From a virus, in IMG/VR virus record IMGVR_UViG_3300003830_000002: a stretch of 44,231 nt of DNA, one strand, 5' to 3'. The position numbers were made by a program, and so were the translations under genes. This document shows, in pieces, positions 32,750-40,538 of this stretch; positions within the stretch are counted from its first letter, which is position 1, and the number at the start of each line of letters is the position of its first letter. The notes beneath the pieces are model-generated. The model searched no databases. It was given only the letters and a program-made list of their open reading frames with translations, and was not told the DNA's origin.

Positions 32750-33049
32750 ATGTCAAACGCCATCGCACAAACCATCCTTGCCCAACTTGGCGGCAATCGC
32801 TTTCTTGCCATGACCGGCGCAAAGGATTTGGTCAACACCGGCAAGGGCCTGCAATTCGCTATCGGCCGCGGCGCCAGTAACAAGGCCAACAAAGTGGTCG
32901 TGACCCTGACCGACGCGGACCTGTACGACGTGCGCTTCCTGACCATTCGCGGCGTCAATATGACCGAACGCGGCACCGTTGAAGGCGTGCATGCTGACCG
33001 CCTGGCCGCCGTCTTCACCGAACAAACCGGATTTGATACCCACATGTGA
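32750..33049 (+). CDS. Hypothetical 99-aa protein, monocistronic unit under the operator-controlled promoter
   Basis: ATG 32750 follows ACGGAG. The product is MSNAIAQTILAQLGGNRFLAMTGAKDLV.... The track start at 32717 lies inside the promoter. Confidence 0.65.
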   Translation: MSNAIAQTILAQLGGNRFLAMTGAKDLVNTGKGLQFAIGRGASNKANKVVVTLTDADLYDVRFLTIRGVNMTERGTVEGVHADRLAAVFTEQTGFDTHM

Positions 33050-33087
33050 GGGCGTGGTCGCCGGGAGCCCCTACGGGGCCGCCTGGC

Positions 33088-33663
33088 TTACTTGTAATCG
33101 AAGTCGCCAGGGCGTGGCACTCGCGCCCAATCTGGAACCGGCGCAATAGCGACTTGCGCGTCAAATTTCCCAAAAATTGAAGTCCTGGCCCGTTCGGGAT
33201 TGAAGGCGACCGACGTCTTCGCGTTGAACATATCGGCCGCAATTTGGCGAAGCGTTGCGACGTCGTCCTGATGACAATTGAAAGCATACATTCCGCTATT
33301 TTCCGCCCGGCTATTTGGTGCGAAATGCGTGTCGACGTCCGAGTTGGTCAACATTGGGTAACGCATCATTGCCGTCGCCCACGTAATAGCCGCGAACGCA
33401 TCCCGGTCGGCGTCAAGCAACCTAAAGCGTGCTTGAACAAGTTGCTCTTTAATTAGCCGTTTGAGATTGGCGGCGTCGGCCGCTTCGGTCAATCTAGCGT
33501 TACGCGCAACGGCCGCCGTCGAAACAGCGTCGCCCCGGATGCAATCATAACAAGCCCCGGATTGCGTATATCTAAAAGTAAGATGCCCGTTTTTGCATTG
33601 CTTGCCGGTAAAATATTTGTTATCGCCGTCGCAGACGGCTTGCTTTCGTGTCTTAATTTCCAT
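33088..33663 (-). CDS. Zinc-ribbon protein (regulator candidate), unknown family
   Basis: ATG 33663. The N-terminus MEIKTRKQAVCDGDNKYFTGKQCKNGHLTFRYTQSGACYDC has a CxxxxxxxxxCxxxH...CxxC layout. It is the only minus-strand gene between the early and packaging modules. No clear Shine-Dalgarno, so the start is uncertain. Confidence 0.55.
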   Translation of the reverse strand: MEIKTRKQAVCDGDNKYFTGKQCKNGHLTFRYTQSGACYDCIRGDAVSTAAVARNARLTEAADAANLKRLIKEQLVQARFRLLDADRDAFAAITWATAMMRYPMLTNSDVDTHFAPNSRAENSGMYAFNCHQDDVATLRQIAADMFNAKTSVAFNPERARTSIFGKFDAQVAIAPVPDWARVPRPGDFDYK

Positions 33664-33782
33664 GATCTTTATCAAAGTTAAGATGTTAGCCACGACTATA
33701 TCACACTTTTTTAAGAAAACAAGCACCCCGGCACCGCAACCCCGACGACGTTGAAACCTACGGCGCTGTATACACATCACAT

Positions 33783-33813
33783 CTTACTTAAGATAAGACT
33801 TACTATAAGTAAG
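33783..33813. promoter_or_regulatory. Two adjacent 15-bp palindromes CTTACT-taa-GATAAG and CTTACT-ata-AGTAAG (tandem operator candidate)
   Basis: Seen directly. They are flanked by direct repeats GTATACAC at 33768-33775 and 33824-33831, in the 354-bp AT-rich divergent region. Confidence 0.5.
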
Positions 33814-33853
33814 ACGCTGTAACGTATACACCCTATGGATTTTATATATTTAA

Positions 33854-33949
33854 GGGGTATAGGGGTAAATAGAGTGTAGACCGTTGATTTAATTGAATAA
33901 ATTTTACCCACCCCGTAATTTTTGGCCCTGGGGTAGCAGGGTAAGGGGT
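33854..33949. repeat. Cluster of GGGGTA-like motifs in both orientations upstream of terS (packaging-site candidate)
   Basis: GGGGTA occurs at 33854, 33862 and 33930. GGGTA is at 33939 and GGGGT at 33945. The inverted TACCCACCCCGTA is at 33905-33917. Confidence 0.45.
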
Positions 33950-34017
33950 CCGGCAACCATGGGCGTCGTTCGTTGTGATTGCCAATTGTGGCCGCTAGGC
34001 GCTATCATTGGGCCACT

Positions 34018-34737
34018 ATGAGCCTGACACCCAAACAACGCCGATTTGTAAATGAGTATTGCGTCGATGAAAACGCGACTCAGGCGTACATTCGCGCCGG
34101 ATACGCCCAAGAGGGCGCCGGGCAAGCGGCTCATAAGTTGCTGAAAATAGCTGAAATTGCCGGGGCGATAAAAGAGCGAATGGAAGAACTAGCCGTCGCG
34201 GCCAGCATTACGCCGGAGTGGGTCGTCGGCCAGTGGGCCAAAATTGCAACGGCGAACCCTAGCGCCCTAGTTAGCGTCCGTCGAACAAATTGCCGTCATT
34301 GCCATGGCTTCGGCCATCAATACCAATGGACGGAAGCGGAGTATTCCAAGGCCGTCGACGTTGCCTGTGATACTGGCAAGGAAGCCCCGGACGGCATGGG
34401 CGGTTTCGGTTTTGACCCGAACGCGGCGCCGAATAAGGATTGCCCGGAGTGCGGCGGCCAAGGTATTGCCGACGTGCATGTGGCCGATACCCGCAAGGTA
34501 CGGTCGCCCCTGTATGCTGGCGCCGAACGGACCCGCAACGGCATCAAGGTCAACATGCGGGACCAAGACGCGGCCGTGTCCAATCTGGCCCGCTATTTGG
34601 GCATGATGGTCGACCGCAAGGAAATCAGCGGCCCCGGCGGCGGCCCCGTGGCTTTGGCGCACCTGTCCGCGGACGATCTTAGCGACGACCAACTTGCCGC
34701 GATTCTCAAGGCCGACGATGCTACCGACGAAGCGTGA
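34018..34737 (+). CDS. terS: Terminase small subunit (Terminase_2 / P27-type)
   Basis: The N-terminus MSLTPKQRRFVNEYCVDENATQAYIRAGYAQEGAGQAAHKLL is the classic terS signature. A Cys cluster (CRHCHG...CPECGG) is inserted. Confidence 0.8.
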   Translation: MSLTPKQRRFVNEYCVDENATQAYIRAGYAQEGAGQAAHKLLKIAEIAGAIKERMEELAVAASITPEWVVGQWAKIATANPSALVSVRRTNCRHCHGFGHQYQWTEAEYSKAVDVACDTGKEAPDGMGGFGFDPNAAPNKDCPECGGQGIADVHVADTRKVRSPLYAGAERTRNGIKVNMRDQDAAVSNLARYLGMMVDRKEISGPGGGPVALAHLSADDLSDDQLAAILKADDATDEA

Positions 34738-36163
34738 AGCCGCGGCGGAACTGATACGGCGCCGGGAAGCGCGGCGGAACCTGGCCGCCTATATCAACTT
34801 TACGAACCGAAAATATAAACAAAGTGGCTTTAGTGCCGCCGTGTGTGCGGCGCTCGACATGTTCATTGATGACATGATTGCAGGCAAGCGGCCCATTCTG
34901 GTGCTGCAGGCCCCGCCCCAGCACGGTAAATCCGAAATTGTCAGCCGCAAACTCCCGGCGTTCCTGCTGGGTCGCTTCCCTGACTGGCGGGTCGGTGCGG
35001 CCAGCTATTCGGACGAACTTGCCGGGGCCATGGCCCAAGACGTGCGGCGCAACCTGGCGTCGGACGAACATAAACGCTTATTCCCCGTGGCCGCCGAACG
35101 GCGCCGCTATGACGTCAACCGCACCGGGGAATTTACGGCACCCGGCGGCGCTGGCGGATACCTGGGCGTCGGCGTTGGTGCTGGCCTCACGGGGCGCCCG
35201 GTCGATATCGGCATCATTGATGACCCTGTAAAGAACGAAAAAGAAGCCTTGAGCCCCACCACGAAGGAAGGGCATTGGAACTGGTATCAAACCGTTTTCA
35301 CGACCCGGCTTTCGGAGAACTCCGGCCAAATCATCATGGCGACAAGCTGGGCGGAAGACGATTTGCCCGCCCGCATTTGCAACCACTTCAAGGGCGACCC
35401 GCGGCTTACCGTGTTGCGCTTCCCGGCAATCAACATGCCCGGAGAGGTCGGCTATAACCCGAACTTGCCGCCCGGCCCCCTGGTCCCCGAACTCAAGAGC
35501 CTAGCCTTTCTGCATGAGGTTAAAAGCCTATTTTCCGACTACTGGTGGGCGGCGCTCTATCAGCAATGCCCGCGGGCGCTGGGTGGCAATGTGTTCAAGG
35601 AATCGGGCTTGCGCTACTACTTGCCCAAGGACTTGCCCGCCAAATTCGACAAGGTGCTGGCCTCTTGGGATTGCACATTCAAGGACACGGACGGCACCGA
35701 CTTTGTCGTGGGCCAGGTTTGGGGCAAGGCTGGCGCCAATGCCTATTTGCTGGCGCAAGTCCGCGCCCGCATGTCATTTACCAAGACCGTGAAGGAAGTC
35801 GTCGCCTTGCGTGCCGCCTGGCCGCGCACCAAAGAAGTTTTGATTGAAGACAAGGCGAACGGCCCGGCGGTTATCGACACCCTAAAAGCCAGCGTGCCGG
35901 GAATCATCCCAATTGAACCGGACGGCTCCAAGCTGGCGCGGGCGCATGCCGTTACCAGTTATTGGGAAGCGGGGAACGTGTGGCTTCCGCATCCTGACTT
36001 ATTCCCATGGGTCAAAGATTTGGTCGGGGAGTTGACAGGCTTCCCGGCGGCGGCCAATGATGACCAAGTAGACGCCCTGACCCAAGCATTGCGCCGCCTG
36101 TATCCGTTGTTTAACAAGCTCAAGATTACGCAAGCCGCGATAAACAAGGCCATGGGTCGTTAG
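34718..36163 (+). CDS. terL: Terminase large subunit
   Basis: The Walker A-like motif is LQAPPQHGKSE and the Walker B-like motif is IGIIDDP. The C-terminal nuclease region ends in AANDDQVDALTQAL. ATG 34718 overlaps the end of terS; the track's 34694 is a TTG. Confidence 0.8.
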   Translation: MLPTKREAAAELIRRREARRNLAAYINFTNRKYKQSGFSAAVCAALDMFIDDMIAGKRPILVLQAPPQHGKSEIVSRKLPAFLLGRFPDWRVGAASYSDELAGAMAQDVRRNLASDEHKRLFPVAAERRRYDVNRTGEFTAPGGAGGYLGVGVGAGLTGRPVDIGIIDDPVKNEKEALSPTTKEGHWNWYQTVFTTRLSENSGQIIMATSWAEDDLPARICNHFKGDPRLTVLRFPAINMPGEVGYNPNLPPGPLVPELKSLAFLHEVKSLFSDYWWAALYQQCPRALGGNVFKESGLRYYLPKDLPAKFDKVLASWDCTFKDTDGTDFVVGQVWGKAGANAYLLAQVRARMSFTKTVKEVVALRAAWPRTKEVLIEDKANGPAVIDTLKASVPGIIPIEPDGSKLARAHAVTSYWEAGNVWLPHPDLFPWVKDLVGELTGFPAAANDDQVDALTQALRRLYPLFNKLKITQAAINKAMGR

Positions 36164-36212
36164 GTCAAATAATTTTCAAAAATAATTTTTAATTTATGCC
36201 AAAATTACGAAC

Positions 36213-37727
36213 ATGAACCCAATCAAACGCCCCGTCGGTCGCCCTCGCAAGCCAGCCGCCACTATCGCCCCGCCAGCCCCCAAGGGTTCCGGCCTACGTC
36301 GGGCGGCAACCAAAGCCAAGAGCATTGCGGCCGACGGCGCCCTCAAGCCCTACGCCTACCCAATCAAGCCGCCCACCCTGGCGCCTGGCGTTGTCCCGGC
36401 CGGTGTGGTCGCTCCCGTCATGGCAACTGACGCGAACCCCTACAGCTTTGCGCAAGACGTGTACCCCGGCGGCGGATTCCCTGGCTTTTCGTACCTTTCG
36501 CAGCTTGCGACCCGTGCTGAATATCGGGCGTTCGCTTCCACCATGTCGACCGAACTTACCCGCGAATGGTTGGAATTCACCAGCAAGCAAGACGACGACA
36601 CGGACACCGCCGAAAAAATCAAACTCATTGAAGAGGAATTTAAGCGGCTGGGTGTGCGCGGCGTGCTGCAACGGGCGGCGGAAGGCGACTGCTATTTCGG
36701 CCGGGCTCAAATCTTCATTGAGATTGACGGCGCCGACCGCGGCACCCCGCTAATTTTGGACCCGCGCACGGTCAAGAAAGGAAGCCTAACGCGGGTCGTT
36801 CCTGTGGAAGCCATTTGGACCACGCCGTCGGGTTACAACGCCCTGGACCCAGCGGCCCCGGATTTTTACAAGCCGTCCAAGTGGTACATGCTGGGGCAAG
36901 AGGTCCATGCTTCCCGCCTGATGACGGTCGTAACCCGGCCGCTCCCGGATATTCTCAAGCCTGCTTTTAACTTCGCTGGCATGTCACTTTCCCAGCTTGC
37001 GGAACCCTACGTCGACAACTGGCTCCGCACCCGTCAAAGCGTTGCGGACCTTATCAACAATTTCAGCATTACGGTGCTTGCCACGGCAATGGACCAAGTG
37101 TTACAGGGTGACGATGACGGCACGGACCTTTTCGCACGGGCTGACCTTTTCACGGCCACGCGGAGCAATCGCGGCTTGATGCTGCTGGACAAAGAGCGGG
37201 AAGAGTTGGTGCAGGTCAACACCCCGTTGTCGGGGCTTCATGAGTTGCAGGCGCAAAGCCAAGAACACATGTGCAGCGTGTCGCGCATGCCCGCCATTGT
37301 CTTGACGGGTATCAGCCCCAGCGGCTTGAACGCTTCCAGCGACGGAGAGATTCGGATTTTCTACGATTGGGTCGCGGCGCAACAGGAAGCCTTTTGGCGC
37401 GAACCGCTGGAAGTAATTTTGAAGGTCGTGCAGCTTTCGCTATTCGGGGAAATCGACCCGGATATCGGCTTTACCTTCGTGCCCCTGTACCAAATGACAC
37501 CCAAGGAAGAGTCGGAAATCAGGGCGGCCGATGGTGTAACGGATTGCGCCTATGTGGCCGCCGGTATCATCGACCCCAGCGAAGTGCGGGACCGCCTGGC
37601 GAAAGACCCGAACAGCGGTTATCAGGGATTGGACACCGACGCCGTTATAGTGCCCCCGGCGCCGCCAGCGGACGAACAAGACCCCGGCGCGGCGGTTCCC
37701 GCGGATAAATTGGAGAATACGCCATGA
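36213..37727 (+). CDS. Portal protein (DUF1073-like)
   Basis: 504 aa, directly after terL. The segment FSYLSQLATRAEYRAFASTMSTELTREWLEF resembles DUF1073 portals. Confidence 0.7.
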   Translation: MNPIKRPVGRPRKPAATIAPPAPKGSGLRRAATKAKSIAADGALKPYAYPIKPPTLAPGVVPAGVVAPVMATDANPYSFAQDVYPGGGFPGFSYLSQLATRAEYRAFASTMSTELTREWLEFTSKQDDDTDTAEKIKLIEEEFKRLGVRGVLQRAAEGDCYFGRAQIFIEIDGADRGTPLILDPRTVKKGSLTRVVPVEAIWTTPSGYNALDPAAPDFYKPSKWYMLGQEVHASRLMTVVTRPLPDILKPAFNFAGMSLSQLAEPYVDNWLRTRQSVADLINNFSITVLATAMDQVLQGDDDGTDLFARADLFTATRSNRGLMLLDKEREELVQVNTPLSGLHELQAQSQEHMCSVSRMPAIVLTGISPSGLNASSDGEIRIFYDWVAAQQEAFWREPLEVILKVVQLSLFGEIDPDIGFTFVPLYQMTPKEESEIRAADGVTDCAYVAAGIIDPSEVRDRLAKDPNSGYQGLDTDAVIVPPAPPADEQDPGAAVPADKLENTP

Positions 37728-37852
37728 TGCTGCAAACCATGTTTTACCCGACATTCTGGTTTCAATTCTGGCTTGCGGCCATGACCCCGGCGCGGAGTAG
37801 CGCGACGGTTATCCAATTCAAGCGGCCGACCAAAGATGCCAAAGCAACCTAA
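37724..37852 (+). CDS. 42-aa hydrophobic micro-ORF candidate between the portal and Mu-F-like genes
   Basis: ATGA overlap with the portal stop, with GGAGA 7 nt upstream. The product is MMLQTMFYPTFWFQFWLAAMTPARSSATVIQFKRPTKDAKAT. It overlaps the next gene by 17 nt. Confidence 0.35.
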   Translation: MMLQTMFYPTFWFQFWLAAMTPARSSATVIQFKRPTKDAKAT

Positions 37853-38630
37853 AACCGTTCGGGCCATCCATGCGAACCGCGGGGTCGAAGCGAAATACCG
37901 CAAGGCCCTGCAGCGCATGATTGCCGAAATGCACGGGTCGGTCGAATACTGGCTTACGGCCGCCTATCGCAAAGACCCGCCCCGCATGCTGGCGCTGGTC
38001 GAACAAGCGCAAGACGCCGCACCCAGCGCCAAAATCAAAAAGATATTGGACGAACTGGCCCGGCGCTGGATTGCCCGCTTTGACGAATGGGCGCCCAAGA
38101 TTGCCGACGCCTATTTGCAAGGCATGTTCAAGACCACCGACAGCGCAATGCGCCTGGCGCTCAAGGATGCGGGGTGGACGGTTGAATTCAAGATGACGCC
38201 CGCCGTTCGTGACGCATTGAAGGCGTCACTTGAAGAAAACGTCGGCCTTATCCGGTCCATTCCTGAAAAATATTTGCAACAAGTAGAGGGCACCGTTATG
38301 CGCTCCTACAGCACCGGGCGCGACCTTGCGACGATGGTCAAGGAATTAAAGCAACTTTACCCGGCGGCCAGTCACCGGGCCGAACTGATAGCGCGGGACC
38401 AGTCAAACAAGGCGAACGCCGTCGTCAACCGTGCGCGGCAAATGGAACTTGGGATTACGGAAGCCATTTGGATGCACAGCCACGCGGGGAAGACTCCACG
38501 CCCTGACCATGTGGCCGCGAATGGAAAACGGTATAACATCGCGGAAGGCTGTAAAATTTCCGGCGAATTTATCCAGCCAGGCGAAGAAATAAATTGCCGC
38601 TGCACTAGCCGGGCAATATTACCTTTTTAG
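37836..38630 (+). CDS. Head morphogenesis protein (Mu F / SPP1 gp7 family)
   Basis: The C-terminal motif WMHSHAGKTPRPDHVAANGKRY...PGEEINCRCTS is typical of this family. Confidence 0.75.
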   Translation: MPKQPKTVRAIHANRGVEAKYRKALQRMIAEMHGSVEYWLTAAYRKDPPRMLALVEQAQDAAPSAKIKKILDELARRWIARFDEWAPKIADAYLQGMFKTTDSAMRLALKDAGWTVEFKMTPAVRDALKASLEENVGLIRSIPEKYLQQVEGTVMRSYSTGRDLATMVKELKQLYPAASHRAELIARDQSNKANAVVNRARQMELGITEAIWMHSHAGKTPRPDHVAANGKRYNIAEGCKISGEFIQPGEEINCRCTSRAILPF

Positions 38631-38638
38631 GGGTCGAC

Positions 38639-39979
38639 ATGAGTGGAACTCAGAAACTTTTAGACGACGGGGTCGTCGCGCAAGGCGTCGTGATGCTTTC
38701 GGAATCAGGTGACGTCGGTTTGAGTTTTGCCGATTCGGTCGCGTTAGATTCTTTTGGCCGTCTTCGGACTTCTTCACCAACTTCAATTTTTGATAGTCAA
38801 CAGGAATATGGCTTAGACACTTTGCGGCTATGGGATTGCTCCGCAAACGGGGTCGCCGCCACACTGTCAAGTAACGGAAGTGCAGTTAGTGGGGCAAATT
38901 CCGTTGGCCCGCGTAATGCCGACTCGCGGTTAACGCCAATTACAGTAGGGACTACAAACGGACATTACGCAATTTTGCAATCAAGGCAATATGCCCGATA
39001 CATCCCAGGAAAAGGCCATTTGATATTTTTAACTGGCGTTTTCGCTTCACGTATCGACTACTTGGCAAAAATTGTTTTGCGTTCATCTGGCAGCGGAAGT
39101 GTTGTCGATAATGCAATTCAGCAAGATTCTTGGAATATCGACAAGTTTGACGGCAACGGTCCGTCGGGCGTAATTCTTGATTTAACAAAAACTCAAATTC
39201 TATTTATACAAGCGCAATGGCTTGGGGTCGGTCGGGTTATCGTTGGATTTGATATTGACGGGAAATTGTTTCCGGCGCACGCATTCACACATGCGAACAA
39301 GCTGACAATTCCGTATTCTCAAACCTTCAATTTACCAGTCAGGGGGGAGTTGGTGAACACCGGAGTCGCTGAAAGCAAATCGCGCTTTGGTTATTTCGAT
39401 TCGACCAATGGTGTTTTTGTTGAATCAGTCATGCCGGTCGCGGGCGGAACGGTTGCGTTCTGTTGTTGCTCAGTGCAAAGTGAAGGCGGTTCGCAATCAA
39501 GAGGTTTTGCTAATTCAGCGCCGACGGGAATATCGACTATTGCCGTAACCGCTCGACGGCCCGTATTGTCAATTCGTCCAAAATTAACCTATAACGGGAT
39601 TACGAACCGGGCGCACATTGAAGACGTTGAATATTTAACCAAAGCGACGACCAATGATTGCCTTGTTGAAATTATTGTTGGCGGGACGTTGACCGGGGCG
39701 AGTTTTCAAAGTGTCGGCGCTAATTCCGTTGCCGAGTACGATGTGTCCGCGACGGCGATATCTGGCGGCGAAGTTCTGGCAAAAGGTTTTGCGTTATCGG
39801 GTTCAGGTCAATCGTCATTGCAACCAAGCGGCGGGTCTCTTGATATCAGATCACCTTTGGTTTTGTCAAAAATCGACGCACTTGCCGCATTGCAAATACC
39901 CGTAACGATTGTTTGCACGCCCTTTACTGGGACAAGCAACGTGACTTCTATTATCAACTGGCACGAACAGGTCGTTTAA
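38639..39979 (+). CDS. Unassigned 446-aa beta-rich protein in a low-GC insertion
   Basis: AGGGG Shine-Dalgarno. The ORF is long and clean despite a marked G+C drop. The composition is rich in Gly/Ser/Thr/Val. No family recognised. Confidence 0.7.
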   Translation: MSGTQKLLDDGVVAQGVVMLSESGDVGLSFADSVALDSFGRLRTSSPTSIFDSQQEYGLDTLRLWDCSANGVAATLSSNGSAVSGANSVGPRNADSRLTPITVGTTNGHYAILQSRQYARYIPGKGHLIFLTGVFASRIDYLAKIVLRSSGSGSVVDNAIQQDSWNIDKFDGNGPSGVILDLTKTQILFIQAQWLGVGRVIVGFDIDGKLFPAHAFTHANKLTIPYSQTFNLPVRGELVNTGVAESKSRFGYFDSTNGVFVESVMPVAGGTVAFCCCSVQSEGGSQSRGFANSAPTGISTIAVTARRPVLSIRPKLTYNGITNRAHIEDVEYLTKATTNDCLVEIIVGGTLTGASFQSVGANSVAEYDVSATAISGGEVLAKGFALSGSGQSSLQPSGGSLDIRSPLVLSKIDALAALQIPVTIVCTPFTGTSNVTSIINWHEQVV

Positions 39980-39980
39980 T

Positions 39981-40517
39981 ATGTATCCATCAAATCAACC
40001 GGGGAACCGGAACAATCGGACCAAGGTCGACAGTGAATTGGGGTCGTTCTATTCGGGAACGCAATTCCGCACGTTCAAGGAAATCACCCTTGCCGCCGGG
40101 GCTTCGCTGAATGTCAAAATGGTGCGCCCGCTGGATATCATCATTCGCGGTTTTCAAATGCACGTAAGCACCGGGGAAATGCGTTGCGAGATTTACCGCG
40201 GCGCCACGCCTGGGGGAACTTGGAACGGCACCCTTCCAGTTATTGGCAAATGCGAATTTACCGACAACCCGCTTCCGCTTTATGTCCCGCAATGTTCATT
40301 GACGTCGGGCGGCACCTTTACCGGCGGCACGCTTTATGATTTGATGCACGTTAAGACGGTCGGGGCAACGGGCCAGGCTTCCACAATTGGCGACGAAATG
40401 GAAAGCCAGCTTGGAGCCCCAGCCAATAGCACGGGCATTTATAAATTCATGAACCCCGGAAATTCTGACGCCGTAGGCATCTTTGCCATGTGGTGGGAAG
40501 AATTGCCTACAAAGTAG
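39981..40517 (+). CDS. Unassigned 178-aa beta-rich protein, partner of 38639-39979
   Basis: Starts 2 nt after the upstream stop; G+C is intermediate. No family recognised. Confidence 0.65.
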   Translation: MYPSNQPGNRNNRTKVDSELGSFYSGTQFRTFKEITLAAGASLNVKMVRPLDIIIRGFQMHVSTGEMRCEIYRGATPGGTWNGTLPVIGKCEFTDNPLPLYVPQCSLTSGGTFTGGTLYDLMHVKTVGATGQASTIGDEMESQLGAPANSTGIYKFMNPGNSDAVGIFAMWWEELPTK

Positions 40518-40532
40518 ATTTGATGCCATAAT
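40503..40532 (+). promoter_or_regulatory. Possible promoter TTGCCT-N18-CATAAT ending 6 nt before ATG 40539
   Basis: Hexamers were counted by hand. There is no Shine-Dalgarno before 40539. Support is weak. Confidence 0.3.
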
Positions 40533-40538
40533 CTGACT

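Noticed and set aside
33067-33079. GCCCC-tac-GGGGC hairpin as a bidirectional terminator between convergent genes
   Set aside because: The 5-bp stem has a 3-nt loop and no T-tract on either strand. That is too weak to call a terminator, so it is mentioned only as context.
33664-34017. Possible tRNA or small RNA gene in the large AT-rich intergenic region
   Set aside because: I could not fold any segment into a cloverleaf with acceptor, anticodon and T arms. The repeats are better explained as protein-binding or packaging sites. A small RNA cannot be excluded without expression data.
33979-34017. Upstream extension of terS, and similar long-start variants at 250, 19917, 24816, 26851, 27246 and 33780
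   Set aside because: Each extension overlaps the preceding gene or regulatory DNA and adds non-conserved residues. The internal ATGs give canonical N-termini and ATGA/TAATG coupling.
36167-36189. Direct repeat AAATAATTTT x2 upstream of the portal gene, resembling the centre of the operator
   Set aside because: It lacks the TAGAT/ATCTA arms that define the operator, and it sits in a generally AT-rich 49-bp spacer where such repeats arise easily.
40515-40535. TAGATT-N9-AATCTG as a fifth operator copy
   Set aside because: Only 5-bp arms match, and both the spacing and the core differ from the 19-bp palindrome. This is likely coincidence.
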